Assembly: GCA_963778655.1 (NCBI GenBank)
Contig: CAVZVA010000009.1
Location: 992,001-1,056,000, forward strand
Length of the DNA: 64,000 nt
Origin: an uncultured delta proteobacterium
Lineage (GTDB): Bacteria > Myxococcota_A > Polyangia > Polyangiales > JAFGIB01
Direction of reading: 5' to 3'
Shown: in pieces, positions 11,389 to 19,604 of the stretch
Layout: every line of letters begins with the position of its first letter
Position numbering within the stretch: the first letter of the stretch is position 1
Made by a program: the position numbers and the translations under genes
Notes under the pieces: generated by a model
The model's input: only the letters and a program-made list of their open reading frames with translations
Databases searched by the model: none
What the model was told of the DNA's origin: nothing

Positions 11389-12020
11389 AGCGCCAGCGCC
11401 GCTTCAATGGTCGTGCCGGCATGTCCGGTCCTGATTTGGAAGGAGCTCGAAAGGCGTTTGCTGCCGGCGATGCCGAGCCCGAGGCCCGTGGAGCTGCGGT
11501 ATTCGCCCGCGAGAATTGCATCGAGATCGCGAATGCCCGGGCCAGCGTCTCGCGCACACACGAGGATCGACCGCTGCTCGCTGCGCGGCCGCAGCTCGAT
11601 CGATCCACCACGCGTGTAGGAAACGATGTTGCGCGCGAGCTCGCTGACCACGGTCGCGACCTTGTGGGTCGCGCTCGGGCTTGCACCGATTGACTCGCAG
11701 ATCGCGCGTGCCCGGCTGCGCGCCACGACGATGTCGCGTTCGTGCGTAATGGTGATCACCTCATCCCCCTGGCCACTGAGCGCGTCGCGCCGTGCGAACA
11801 GCGCCTCGATTCGTTCGAACATCTCGGCTTGCTGGTCTCGAGAGACAAACAAATGGCTAGCCGCGCGCAGACAAGCCAGCACCTCATTGCGGTTCTCCGG
11901 CGTGATGGTGCCCTCACGACCACTGCACTTTTCGAGCGCCCGCCGGACCAGCGAGCGTGCATTGATGCTCGACACGTAGTCCGTCATGATGTCCAGAAGT
12001 TGCGTGTGGACGGTCTTCAT
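11385..12020 (-). CDS. rsbT: RsbT-like Ser/Thr kinase (HATPase) with an extra ~80-aa N-terminal helical domain
   Basis: DIVVARSRAR, VATVVSELARNIVSY, DAGPGIRDL, YRSSTGLGLGIAGSKRL. Confidence 0.88.
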   Translation of the reverse strand: MKTVHTQLLDIMTDYVSSINARSLVRRALEKCSGREGTITPENRNEVLACLRAASHLFVSRDQQAEMFERIEALFARRDALSGQGDEVITITHERDIVVARSRARAICESIGASPSATHKVATVVSELARNIVSYTRGGSIELRPRSEQRSILVCARDAGPGIRDLDAILAGEYRSSTGLGLGIAGSKRLSSSFQIRTGHAGTTIEAALAL

Positions 12021-12079
12021 GTCGGCCGTTCGGTTTCGGCTTCCGGCCGGCGGCGCCGGTGCGTGCCTTGCGCTGGCGA

Positions 12080-12646
12080 TCACCACACGATTTCGAACTC
12101 GTAGCGCGACGAATTGGGGCTCTCGCTGCGATTTAACTGCTTGACCCGTGCATCCGGCAGCCCCATCGCGTTCAGCGAGAAGGTGAGAAATCCGATTGCC
12201 GTGGGACCGATGTGCGTGTATCCGTCGACGTCCGCGAGGGTCATCTTGAGCAGACGGTCGGCCTCGAGCCTGCAGCGCATGTCTCCAAAGTTGTGGCTCT
12301 TCTTCCAGATGTCGGGCCACTTGGACGCCATGATCTTTGGCGTCATCAGCTTGATCAGCAATCGAACGTAGGTGCCCGCGGCGTAGTCCGCGATTGCCGC
12401 GCCGGCGTTGATGATCTGCTGATATCCGGTGTCAGGATCGCTTTGGGACTCGTAGACGGCGTGATTGATGTCCGCAACGAAAGAAACAGGTTTCCATTCG
12501 TCGCGAGAGACCGTCTTCAGCATCTCTCGAGTTTCGGGGGCCATGCGCTTGTAGATCGCGCTGCGCGTGTCGTCATCGTAGGTCTCGTTTATGAAATCTT
12601 GGAGGGGAAGGATGTGGATTCCCTTGACCAGTCGCTCCATGTCCAT
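12080..12646 (-). CDS. DUF2378-like (H-NOX/V4R-type) putative ligand-binding protein
   Basis: 188 aa with N-terminal VKG, W-x-P, P..W....NFG and a terminal EFEIVW, typical of this myxobacterial family; first gene of the rsb unit. Confidence 0.6.
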   Translation of the reverse strand: MDMERLVKGIHILPLQDFINETYDDDTRSAIYKRMAPETREMLKTVSRDEWKPVSFVADINHAVYESQSDPDTGYQQIINAGAAIADYAAGTYVRLLIKLMTPKIMASKWPDIWKKSHNFGDMRCRLEADRLLKMTLADVDGYTHIGPTAIGFLTFSLNAMGLPDARVKQLNRSESPNSSRYEFEIVW

Positions 12647-12720
12647 CTCCTGCTAGCGCGCTTCGACGCCCGCGCATCACGTGGCGAAAGACTATGATAG
12701 GCGAAATTTCCAGTGCGCAG

Positions 12721-12740
12721 AGAGCGAGTTTTTTCGCCCT
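12721..12740 (-). promoter_or_regulatory. Island dyad motif, copy 2 (upstream of the rsb operon)
   Basis: Minus strand agggcgaaaaaactcgctct is 19/20 identical to 13417-13436. Confidence 0.7.
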
Positions 12741-12870
12741 CCTTTCTGGTCCTCGAGGGTGTGCTGGAGTGCGTGCGCGCACGACCAAGGGGCATACGAT
12801 AGTTGCGTCCGGCCGGCATGCGATCGTGAGAGACCCGCAGAAGCGTCTTCCGCGCTAGGCTCGCTGCTGA

Positions 12871-13350
12871 GTGTCGGCGCGCCATTCAGACGAACGGACA
12901 AGGTTTTGCGTGCGGTCCGAGCTCGACGTGTTCGACGCGCGCCGTGCCGCCGACCGGATTGCGCGGGCAAGCGGCTTTTCCAGTGCGGATGCCGGCGTGC
13001 TGAGGCTCGTGGTTTCGGAGCTCGGCTACAACATCGTTCGGCACGCAGAGCACGGGCAAATCGGCTTTAGCGTGTTCAACGATCCCCAGCACGGCACAGC
13101 TGTGCAGATCGACGCATCGGATCACGGTCCACCGATCCCGGATCTCGCGCTCGCCATCAGGGATGGTCATGATGGGCGCGGCCCACTGGACCCGGCGCGC
13201 CTACTGGAGCGCCAGGGCATCGGCAGCGGGCTCGGCGCGATCGTGCGGCTCAGTCACGACTTTCGGTACGAACGGACGGGCACCGGAAACCGGTTCGTGG
13301 TGGTTCGGTACAGGCGCGGGCCTCGAGCGGCGCCACCGAAAGGTCGCTGA
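12871..13350 (+). CDS. Second RsbT-like kinase / anti-sigma factor
   Basis: DVFDARRAA, LVVSELGYNIVRHA, DHGPPIPDL, GIGSGLGAIVRLS. Confidence 0.82.
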   Translation: MSARHSDERTRFCVRSELDVFDARRAADRIARASGFSSADAGVLRLVVSELGYNIVRHAEHGQIGFSVFNDPQHGTAVQIDASDHGPPIPDLALAIRDGHDGRGPLDPARLLERQGIGSGLGAIVRLSHDFRYERTGTGNRFVVVRYRRGPRAAPPKGR

Positions 13351-13405
13351 AACGCTCTGCTGCAACCGCGTCCGTCCGCAAACGACGCGCCAGGTCGGGA
13401 GATCC

Positions 13406-13437
13406 GGCCAAAGCTCAGGGCGAAAAACCTCGCTCTT
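13406..13437 (+). promoter_or_regulatory. Island dyad motif, copy 3 (upstream of the dehydrogenase-halogenase operon)
   Basis: Core agggcga-aaaacc-tcgctct, an imperfect palindrome AGRGCGA-N6-TCGCYCT. Confidence 0.7.
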
Positions 13438-13491
13438 ACGGGCGCGCGTTGGCGCGTGCTAAGCGGGCGGCTGAACGACTGGGTCGAGCGC

Positions 13492-14637
13492 ATGGACTTC
13501 GAGTGGAGCGAGACACAGGAAGAGCTGTATCGCGGCCTCAAGAGGTTCGCGCGCGAGCAATTGGGTGAGCGCGGGGCGCGCCCAGGCGACGCGGCGGCGA
13601 CCCGCGAAGAGGCGTGGCTCGCTTGCGGGCGCGTGGGCCTGCTCGGCCTGAGCGTGCCGGCGGCTCACGGCGGTGGAGGGCTGGATGCGTTGAGCAGCGC
13701 GCGAGCCATGGAGGCGTTCGGCGAGGGCTGCCAGGACATGGGACTGGTGTTTGCGGCAGCCGCGCACTTGAACGCGTGCGCGATGCCGCTCGCCGAATTC
13801 GGGGGCGAAGTGATCAAGAAGCGTTTGTTGCCCCGGATGTGCGAAGGAGCGCTGGTAGGAGCCAACGCGATTTCGGAGGCGGAGGCCGGATCGGATCTCG
13901 CGGCGATGACCACGCGCGCGGTACGGAACGGCGATGCATACATCATCGACGGCGAGAAGAGCTTCGTGACGAACGGGCCCTCGGCAGGTGTTTACACGCT
14001 ATACGCGGTCACCAACCCGGGCGACGGCTTCATGGGAATCAGCGCGTTCTTGGTCGAGCGTTGCTTTCCCGGCATTCGAGTCGGCAGGCCGTTCGAGAAG
14101 ATCGGATTGCACAGCGCGCAGACCTGCCCGGTGCTGTTCGAAGGCTGCCGCGTTCCGGCCGAAAACCTGCTCGGCGAAGAAGGCAAGGGGCTCGCGATCT
14201 TCAACCGCTCGATGGCGTGGGAACGCACCTGTCTGTTCGCGGGCTACTTGGGACAGATGCAGCGCCAGCTCGAGCGGACCATAGCCTACGCGCGCGAGCG
14301 GAAGCAATTTCGCAAGCCGATTGGGCGCAATCAGTCGGTTGCAAACCGCATCGTGGACATGAAGGTCAGGCTCGAGGCGGCGCGCCTGCTGCTCTACCGC
14401 GCGTGCTGGGCAATCGACCGAGGACGTTCGGCCGAGCTCGAGGTGTCGATGGCGAAGCTAGCGGTGAGCGAAGCCGCGGTGGCCTCGGGGCTCGATGCGA
14501 TCCGGGTGCACGGCGGCCTCGGCGTCATGCTGGAGAGCGGCGTTCCGCAAGGCCTGGTTGATTCGGTGCCGTGCGCGATCTTTTCCGGGACCTCCGACCT
14601 GCAGCGAAACCTGATCGCGCGGGAGCTCGGCTTGTGA
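13492..14637 (+). CDS. Acyl-CoA dehydrogenase family, probably prolyl-carrier protein dehydrogenase (PltE/RedW/Bmp3-like)
   Basis: DMGLVFAAAAHLNACAMP, ANAISEAEAGSD, MAWERTCLFA, RKQFRKPIGRNQSVANRIVDMK, and IFSGTSDLQR (Ser where typical ACADs have Glu). Confidence 0.87.
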   Translation: MDFEWSETQEELYRGLKRFAREQLGERGARPGDAAATREEAWLACGRVGLLGLSVPAAHGGGGLDALSSARAMEAFGEGCQDMGLVFAAAAHLNACAMPLAEFGGEVIKKRLLPRMCEGALVGANAISEAEAGSDLAAMTTRAVRNGDAYIIDGEKSFVTNGPSAGVYTLYAVTNPGDGFMGISAFLVERCFPGIRVGRPFEKIGLHSAQTCPVLFEGCRVPAENLLGEEGKGLAIFNRSMAWERTCLFAGYLGQMQRQLERTIAYARERKQFRKPIGRNQSVANRIVDMKVRLEAARLLLYRACWAIDRGRSAELEVSMAKLAVSEAAVASGLDAIRVHGGLGVMLESGVPQGLVDSVPCAIFSGTSDLQRNLIARELGL

Positions 14638-14728
14638 CGCGAGAGCCGAGACGGGGCGCGTTCGCGATGCGCTGTGCGAATCGCGTCCGCAGCCTGCGGC
14701 CGTGCGCTCGCGCGGAGGGGGAGCAGCC

Positions 14729-15775
14729 GTGACCCGGAACATCGGCCGTATCGATGTGCATGCGCACGCATTTCCCGAAGATTTTTTGCGTGAGCTCCAC
14801 CGGCTGTATCCGGATGAGGTCGCGCTCACGACGCTTGCCGGCACGCTTGTCGGGATCTGGAACAAGGCACCGCTGCCGGCGTTCGAGCCGGCCGCGCGGC
14901 TGGCCGCGATGGACGCCGATGGCGTCGAAATCGAGGTGTTGTCCGCACCCCCGCTGTACGGGCACTTCGACCGCCACACCGCCCGCCTGTGCCGGCAGAT
15001 GAACGACTTCCAGCTCGCGCTGTCGACGGCGCATCCGGCGCGGTTTCGCGCATTCGTTCACCTGCCCTATCACGACCCGGAGGCGGCTGCCTGCGAGCTG
15101 GAGCGACTCCGGGCCGAGCCGCTGTGCGTGGGCGTGGTGATCGCGTCGAACATGAACGGCTGGTATCCGGGCGAGGAACGTCTGCGCTACTTGTGGCCGT
15201 TGCTGGTAGAGGCGCGCCTGCCCGTCTTCATTCATCCGGTGGCGCCCTGTGGCGTCCTGAGCCCGATCGCGCCGCCGGTCCTGCACTTCCCCAACGACAC
15301 GGCGATTGCAGCCGCGTCGCTGATCTATGCCGGTGTGCTCGACAGCGAGCCGGGGCTGCGCATAGTGCTGCCGCACTACGGCGGCACGCTGCCGATGCTG
15401 CAGCCGCGTCTGGATATGGTCCGGCACCCGCACTTTCCGCAGCTGCCTGGCTCGCGGTTGGCGGCTCCGCCGAGCTCATACGTCACGCGCTTTCACGTGG
15501 ACACGGCGCAGGGCTTTCACGCAGCCAGCTTCGAGTGCGCGCGTGCGGTGTTCGGCAGCGCCCACATGCTCTACGGCTCGGATTACTTCCTGTTGGACAC
15601 GCCTTGGCGGGCGCAGCTCAATCGATTTCTGGACGAGGCGCTGCCCGACGAGCGCGAGCGCGAGGCCGTGCTGCGGGGTAATGCCAGTGCGCTGCTGCTG
15701 GCGGGCCGGGAGTCGGCCGAGCCATCGAGGCTCGCGCAGGGCGGTGCGAGGGAGCACCACGATGCATCCGCTTGA
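14729..15775 (+). CDS. Amidohydrolase family 2 (ACMSD / decarboxylase-like)
   Basis: IDVHAH, FIHP, LPHYGGTLP, YGSDY, GNA motifs; GTG start after GGAGGGGG. Confidence 0.85.
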   Translation: MTRNIGRIDVHAHAFPEDFLRELHRLYPDEVALTTLAGTLVGIWNKAPLPAFEPAARLAAMDADGVEIEVLSAPPLYGHFDRHTARLCRQMNDFQLALSTAHPARFRAFVHLPYHDPEAAACELERLRAEPLCVGVVIASNMNGWYPGEERLRYLWPLLVEARLPVFIHPVAPCGVLSPIAPPVLHFPNDTAIAAASLIYAGVLDSEPGLRIVLPHYGGTLPMLQPRLDMVRHPHFPQLPGSRLAAPPSSYVTRFHVDTAQGFHAASFECARAVFGSAHMLYGSDYFLLDTPWRAQLNRFLDEALPDEREREAVLRGNASALLLAGRESAEPSRLAQGGAREHHDASA

Positions 15776-16643
15776 ATCGAGTCATTGCGAAGTCGCGGGG
15801 TATCCCACCCACTTGCTCGAGGGAGGGGCTGGGAGCGACGCCCTGGTGTGGTTTCCGGCGTTGCTCGACTCGGCGGCCGGCTTCGGCCGCGTCATGCGCC
15901 TGCTGCTGCGGCGCCTCGCCGGCAACGTGCGGCTGATCGCGGTGGATCCGCCCGGTTATGGCGCCGCGGCGCTGCAGCCCGGGCGAGGCTTGCCGAGCTT
16001 CGCGGAATGGACGGCCTGGTGCGCCGGCTTGGCGGCGTTGCTAGAGCGCCGCTGTCCCGGGCGCATGGTCTTCGCCGGCAACAGCTCGGGCGGCGTCGCG
16101 GCCACCGCCGCCGCGGTGTCGAGCGCGCGCTGCGCCGGTCTCGCGCTCGTGTGCTGGTGCGACTGGCAGGGGGTGCCGGCGCCGGACGCCGGCGTGTTGT
16201 GTCCGCGCGACGCCGGCGCCGCTCGGCGCTTGCTCGCGCGTTCGTGGCATTGTCCTCCGCAGCTGCCCGAGAGCGCGCTCGCGGCGCTCGTGCGCGAGGC
16301 TGCCGCGCCGGCCTTTGTCGCCCACGTGGAGTCGTTCGATGCCGGTGCCTATCGCAGCTTGCTCCGCGGTTTCTCCGGCGGGCTGAGGCTGATCGGGGGC
16401 GACAGTGACGGGCTCGTGCCGGCCGCGGAGCTATATCGCACCGCCGCCGCGCACGGCGACGCGTCCGTGCACGTGCTCGCACGGTGCGGGCACTACCCAC
16501 ACCGCGAGCGCCCCATGGAGCTCGCAGGGTTGCTCGCAGCCTTGATCGAGACCCAGCTCGCGTGGAGCTCACTGCCGTTGGCTGCGCCGGCGACGAAGCG
16601 CACGGCGCTCGAGGGACAGCGTGGAACAGACTGCAATTCTTGA
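15762..16643 (+). CDS. Alpha/beta hydrolase
   Basis: AVDPPGYG, nucleophile elbow GNSSGG, DGLVP, CGHYPH. Confidence 0.82.
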   Translation: MHPLESSHCEVAGYPTHLLEGGAGSDALVWFPALLDSAAGFGRVMRLLLRRLAGNVRLIAVDPPGYGAAALQPGRGLPSFAEWTAWCAGLAALLERRCPGRMVFAGNSSGGVAATAAAVSSARCAGLALVCWCDWQGVPAPDAGVLCPRDAGAARRLLARSWHCPPQLPESALAALVREAAAPAFVAHVESFDAGAYRSLLRGFSGGLRLIGGDSDGLVPAAELYRTAAAHGDASVHVLARCGHYPHRERPMELAGLLAALIETQLAWSSLPLAAPATKRTALEGQRGTDCNS

Positions 16644-17706
16644 GGTCGTTTCTGAATACGTGGCCGAAACCTTCTTGGACGGCGACTCCGTTGATCTGGA
16701 CGCCGCGTCCCCGTTGCTCGAATGGGGAATCCTGGACTCGATGGCAATGGTGAGCCTGGTCTCCTTCCTGGAAGACAGGTTTGCCATCCGTATCGGCGAG
16801 GACGCGATCACGCCGCAGAACTTTCGCAACCTCAGCGCCATTTCGGCGCTGGTCGAGGCCCATACCTCCAGACCGCCCGCGGTCGATCTCGGGGGCGAGG
16901 CGCCGGAGCAGGACGAGGAGCTGAGCGCATTGCTCGAGTACGGCGCCACCCGCGAGCGAGTGGCGCTCGACTCCGGCGCACAGGTGCACGCGGTCCGCAT
17001 GCCGGGCGAGGGTCCGACCTGGGTGTTGTTGCCGGAGCTCGGACAGTCGAGCAGCCACTTCGCGCCCTTGCAGCGGACGCTGGAGAGCTTCCACGAGTCG
17101 CTGGCTGTCGACCTCGCCGGTTTCGGCCTGTCGCGCTGCCCCAACCCGGCGCCCAGCGTCTGGGACCACGTCGCGCTCATCTCCGAGGTGATCTCGAAGC
17201 AAGAGAAGGCACCTGTGGTGCTCGTGGCTCACGGGCCGACCGCGTTGGCGGCCAGCGAGCTGGCTCGCCGTCATCCGGAGCGCGTGCGAGCGCTGGTGGT
17301 GGTCGCCTTCGGGGAGGGGCAGGACATCTCCGGGTTCATCGACAGCCTGGTCGCGCTGGCCGACCGTGCGGAGGAGCTGCTTTCAGCCACCTACTACACG
17401 CAGCCACGGTTGAGCGCGCGGCAAAAGGAGGCTTGGCTCGCGCGTCTGCGCGCTCCAGCGATGCGGGCGTTCGTCGACCAGGACGCCGAGGAACTCGCGC
17501 CACGTATGTACCGAGAGCTCACCGTGCCGGTGCTGTTCGTGTGCGGCCAGGACGATCGCCTGGTTCCGCGCGAGAGCGTGGAGCGGGCGGCCGAGTTGCT
17601 GCGCGGCGCCGAGCTCAAGTGGCTGGCGCGAGCTGGGCACGCGGTGGCGCGCGAGCGCCCGGACGAGATCGTGTCGCTGATCGAGACTTTTCTCAGCGGG
17701 CTCTGA
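16621..17706 (+). CDS. Type II peptidyl carrier protein fused to an alpha/beta hydrolase-fold domain (Bmp1-like architecture)
   Basis: N-terminal PLLEWGILDSMAMVSL (phosphopantetheine Ser); C-terminal AVDLAGFGLS, DRLVP, AGH. The elbow reads AHGPT, with no Ser. Confidence 0.85.
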   Translation: MEQTAILEVVSEYVAETFLDGDSVDLDAASPLLEWGILDSMAMVSLVSFLEDRFAIRIGEDAITPQNFRNLSAISALVEAHTSRPPAVDLGGEAPEQDEELSALLEYGATRERVALDSGAQVHAVRMPGEGPTWVLLPELGQSSSHFAPLQRTLESFHESLAVDLAGFGLSRCPNPAPSVWDHVALISEVISKQEKAPVVLVAHGPTALAASELARRHPERVRALVVVAFGEGQDISGFIDSLVALADRAEELLSATYYTQPRLSARQKEAWLARLRAPAMRAFVDQDAEELAPRMYRELTVPVLFVCGQDDRLVPRESVERAAELLRGAELKWLARAGHAVARERPDEIVSLIETFLSGL

Positions 17707-17731
17707 CGAGCTCTTTGCCAGGAGGATGCCG

Positions 17732-18967
17732 ATGGCCAGCGCGGACGCAACCACGTCGTATGACATTGGAATCGTCGGAGGGGGGCCGGGTGGCGCGGCC
17801 GCGGCGATCTTTGCCGCTGAGCGCGGGCTATCGGCGGTGCTGATCGAGAAGGACCGTTTCCCCCGCTATCACATCGGCGAATCGCTCACGGGCACCGCAG
17901 GCGAGCTGTTGCGCTCGCTCGGCCTCAAAGAAGTGATGGCCGAGCGGCGATTTCCCGTCAAGTCCGGGGTCAAGGTGATGGGACGCAACGGAAACGAGTA
18001 CTTCGTGCCCGTGCTGGCTTCGACCTGGCAGGTGAAACGCGACGAGTTCGACCAGATCTTGCTGGATCGGGCGCTCCAGAGCGGTGCACGGCTCGTTCAC
18101 GGACAGGCACGGCGGGTACTGATGGAAGGCGGGACCGTGACCGGAATCACCTACGCCGATGCCGACACGCGTGCCCTGAGCGAAGTGCGTTGCCGGGCTC
18201 TCATCGACGCGAGCGGAACGGGTTGCTTTCTTTCGCACGCCGGGGTGGCGGGGACGAAGCAATTCGACGAGTTCGGCGATCAGATCGCCGTGTTCTCCCA
18301 GGTCGAGGGAGCGCTGCGCGACCCCGGTGAGATGGGCGACAACACCTTCATCTTCTATTCCAAGCGGCACCACTGGGCGTGGTTCATCCCGCTGTCGCCT
18401 GAGGTGGTGAGCATCGGCGTCGTGGTACCGAGGGACGTGTTTGTCGAGCTCGGCAAGGATCGCGACAAAGTGTTCGCGTGGGGCATCGAGCACATCCACC
18501 CGGACCTATGCGAGCGCCTGCGCGGCAGGCCTCTGGTCGAGCCGGTGCGCGCGATCAAAGACTACTCATACCGCATCGCGCCGTTCGCCGGCCCCGGCTG
18601 GTTCTGCGTCGGCGATTCTCATCGCTTCGCAGATCCGATCTTCTCCTTCGGCGTCACGGCCAGCATGCAAGAGGCTCGGACGGCGGTCGATACCATCGCC
18701 GAGGGGCTGGCGTCGGGCGGCGCTTGGGGCCCGCTCGTGGAGCGCTACACCCGCTACAGCGACGGCGGGCAGGACGCGATCTTCGATTTCATCCGCTACT
18801 TCTGGAGCTTCCCTGGCTTCTTCGGCATTCAGATGCGAGGCAAGCTGCGCAAAGAAGTGATCCGATTGTTCGGCGGGGACCTGTTCGTTCCCAACGCGGT
18901 GGTCGATCACATCCGCGAGCTGATGGCAGGCGGGCTCGGGGAGCCCGAGCGGCTCGCCGCGGGTTGA
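17732..18967 (+). CDS. Flavin-dependent halogenase (carrier-protein type; PltA/Bmp2-like)
   Basis: GGGPGG, FPRYHIGESL, FPVKSG (catalytic Lys position), WAWFIP (WxWxIP halogenase motif), GDSHRFADPIFSFGV. Confidence 0.82.
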   Translation: MASADATTSYDIGIVGGGPGGAAAAIFAAERGLSAVLIEKDRFPRYHIGESLTGTAGELLRSLGLKEVMAERRFPVKSGVKVMGRNGNEYFVPVLASTWQVKRDEFDQILLDRALQSGARLVHGQARRVLMEGGTVTGITYADADTRALSEVRCRALIDASGTGCFLSHAGVAGTKQFDEFGDQIAVFSQVEGALRDPGEMGDNTFIFYSKRHHWAWFIPLSPEVVSIGVVVPRDVFVELGKDRDKVFAWGIEHIHPDLCERLRGRPLVEPVRAIKDYSYRIAPFAGPGWFCVGDSHRFADPIFSFGVTASMQEARTAVDTIAEGLASGGAWGPLVERYTRYSDGGQDAIFDFIRYFWSFPGFFGIQMRGKLRKEVIRLFGGDLFVPNAVVDHIRELMAGGLGEPERLAAG

Positions 18968-18992
18968 CGCGGGCTCGGCCGCGCAGGGGCCG

Positions 18993-19604
18993 TCAGCCGC
19001 CTTCCTGGTCGCCGGGCGGACGCGTGGCGGCGTCCGCGCCGGCCAGCTCAGAGGCCATGAGCTGAACGATCCGCCGATCCACACGCAGCAGCCGCGCCGC
19101 CGCGTGGCGATTGCCGCGTGTGCGGTCGAGCGCTTCCTGGAACATCGTCAGCTTCACGACTTGCTGGGCCTCGCGCGCGCCGAACCGGCCGACCTGCGCT
19201 CTGGCTACCCGGGCCAGCGGTGTCGCGGCACGCGCCGCTTGCGTCAGGCACGCGCGCAGATCCTCGAGGTTGAACGGCTTCTCCAGGTAGCCCGAGACGC
19301 CCCAGCACATCAGGTCGAAGACCTCGGCCCGCGCCGCACGGCCGCTGATGGCGATCATCGTCGGGGGCTTGGCCAGCGTGCTGGCCGCGGCAAACACGTC
19401 GTGACCACGCCTGTCGTTGAGGCAGAGATCGCATAGGACCAAATCGACCTCATCGGTGAGCTGAGCATGGGCCTCTTCGACGCTGTGCGCGATCCGCACG
19501 CCCGTGACGTCGAGAGCCCGGAGCGCGCGCGTCAGGCTCCGGATCATGATCGGCTCGTCATCCACCACCAGCGCGACGGAAAACGTCAATGAGAAGGCGC
19601 TCAT
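18993..19604 (-). CDS. Response regulator (REC + Fis-type HTH)
   Basis: LVVDDE, LCD, ISG, YLEKPF; C-terminal ALDRTRGNRHAAARLLRVDRR. Confidence 0.87.
   Translation of the reverse strand: MSAFSLTFSVALVVDDEPIMIRSLTRALRALDVTGVRIAHSVEEAHAQLTDEVDLVLCDLCLNDRRGHDVFAAASTLAKPPTMIAISGRAARAEVFDLMCWGVSGYLEKPFNLEDLRACLTQAARAATPLARVARAQVGRFGAREAQQVVKLTMFQEALDRTRGNRHAAARLLRVDRRIVQLMASELAGADAATRPPGDQEGG

Noticed and set aside
12721..13436. 20-bp inverted repeats flanking the second rsbT read as an invertible phase-variation switch
   Set aside because: No recombinase is nearby, each copy is itself a dyad, and a third copy at 6849-6868 precedes another operon. A regulator binding site explains this better. 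Read-orientation data could still test inversion.
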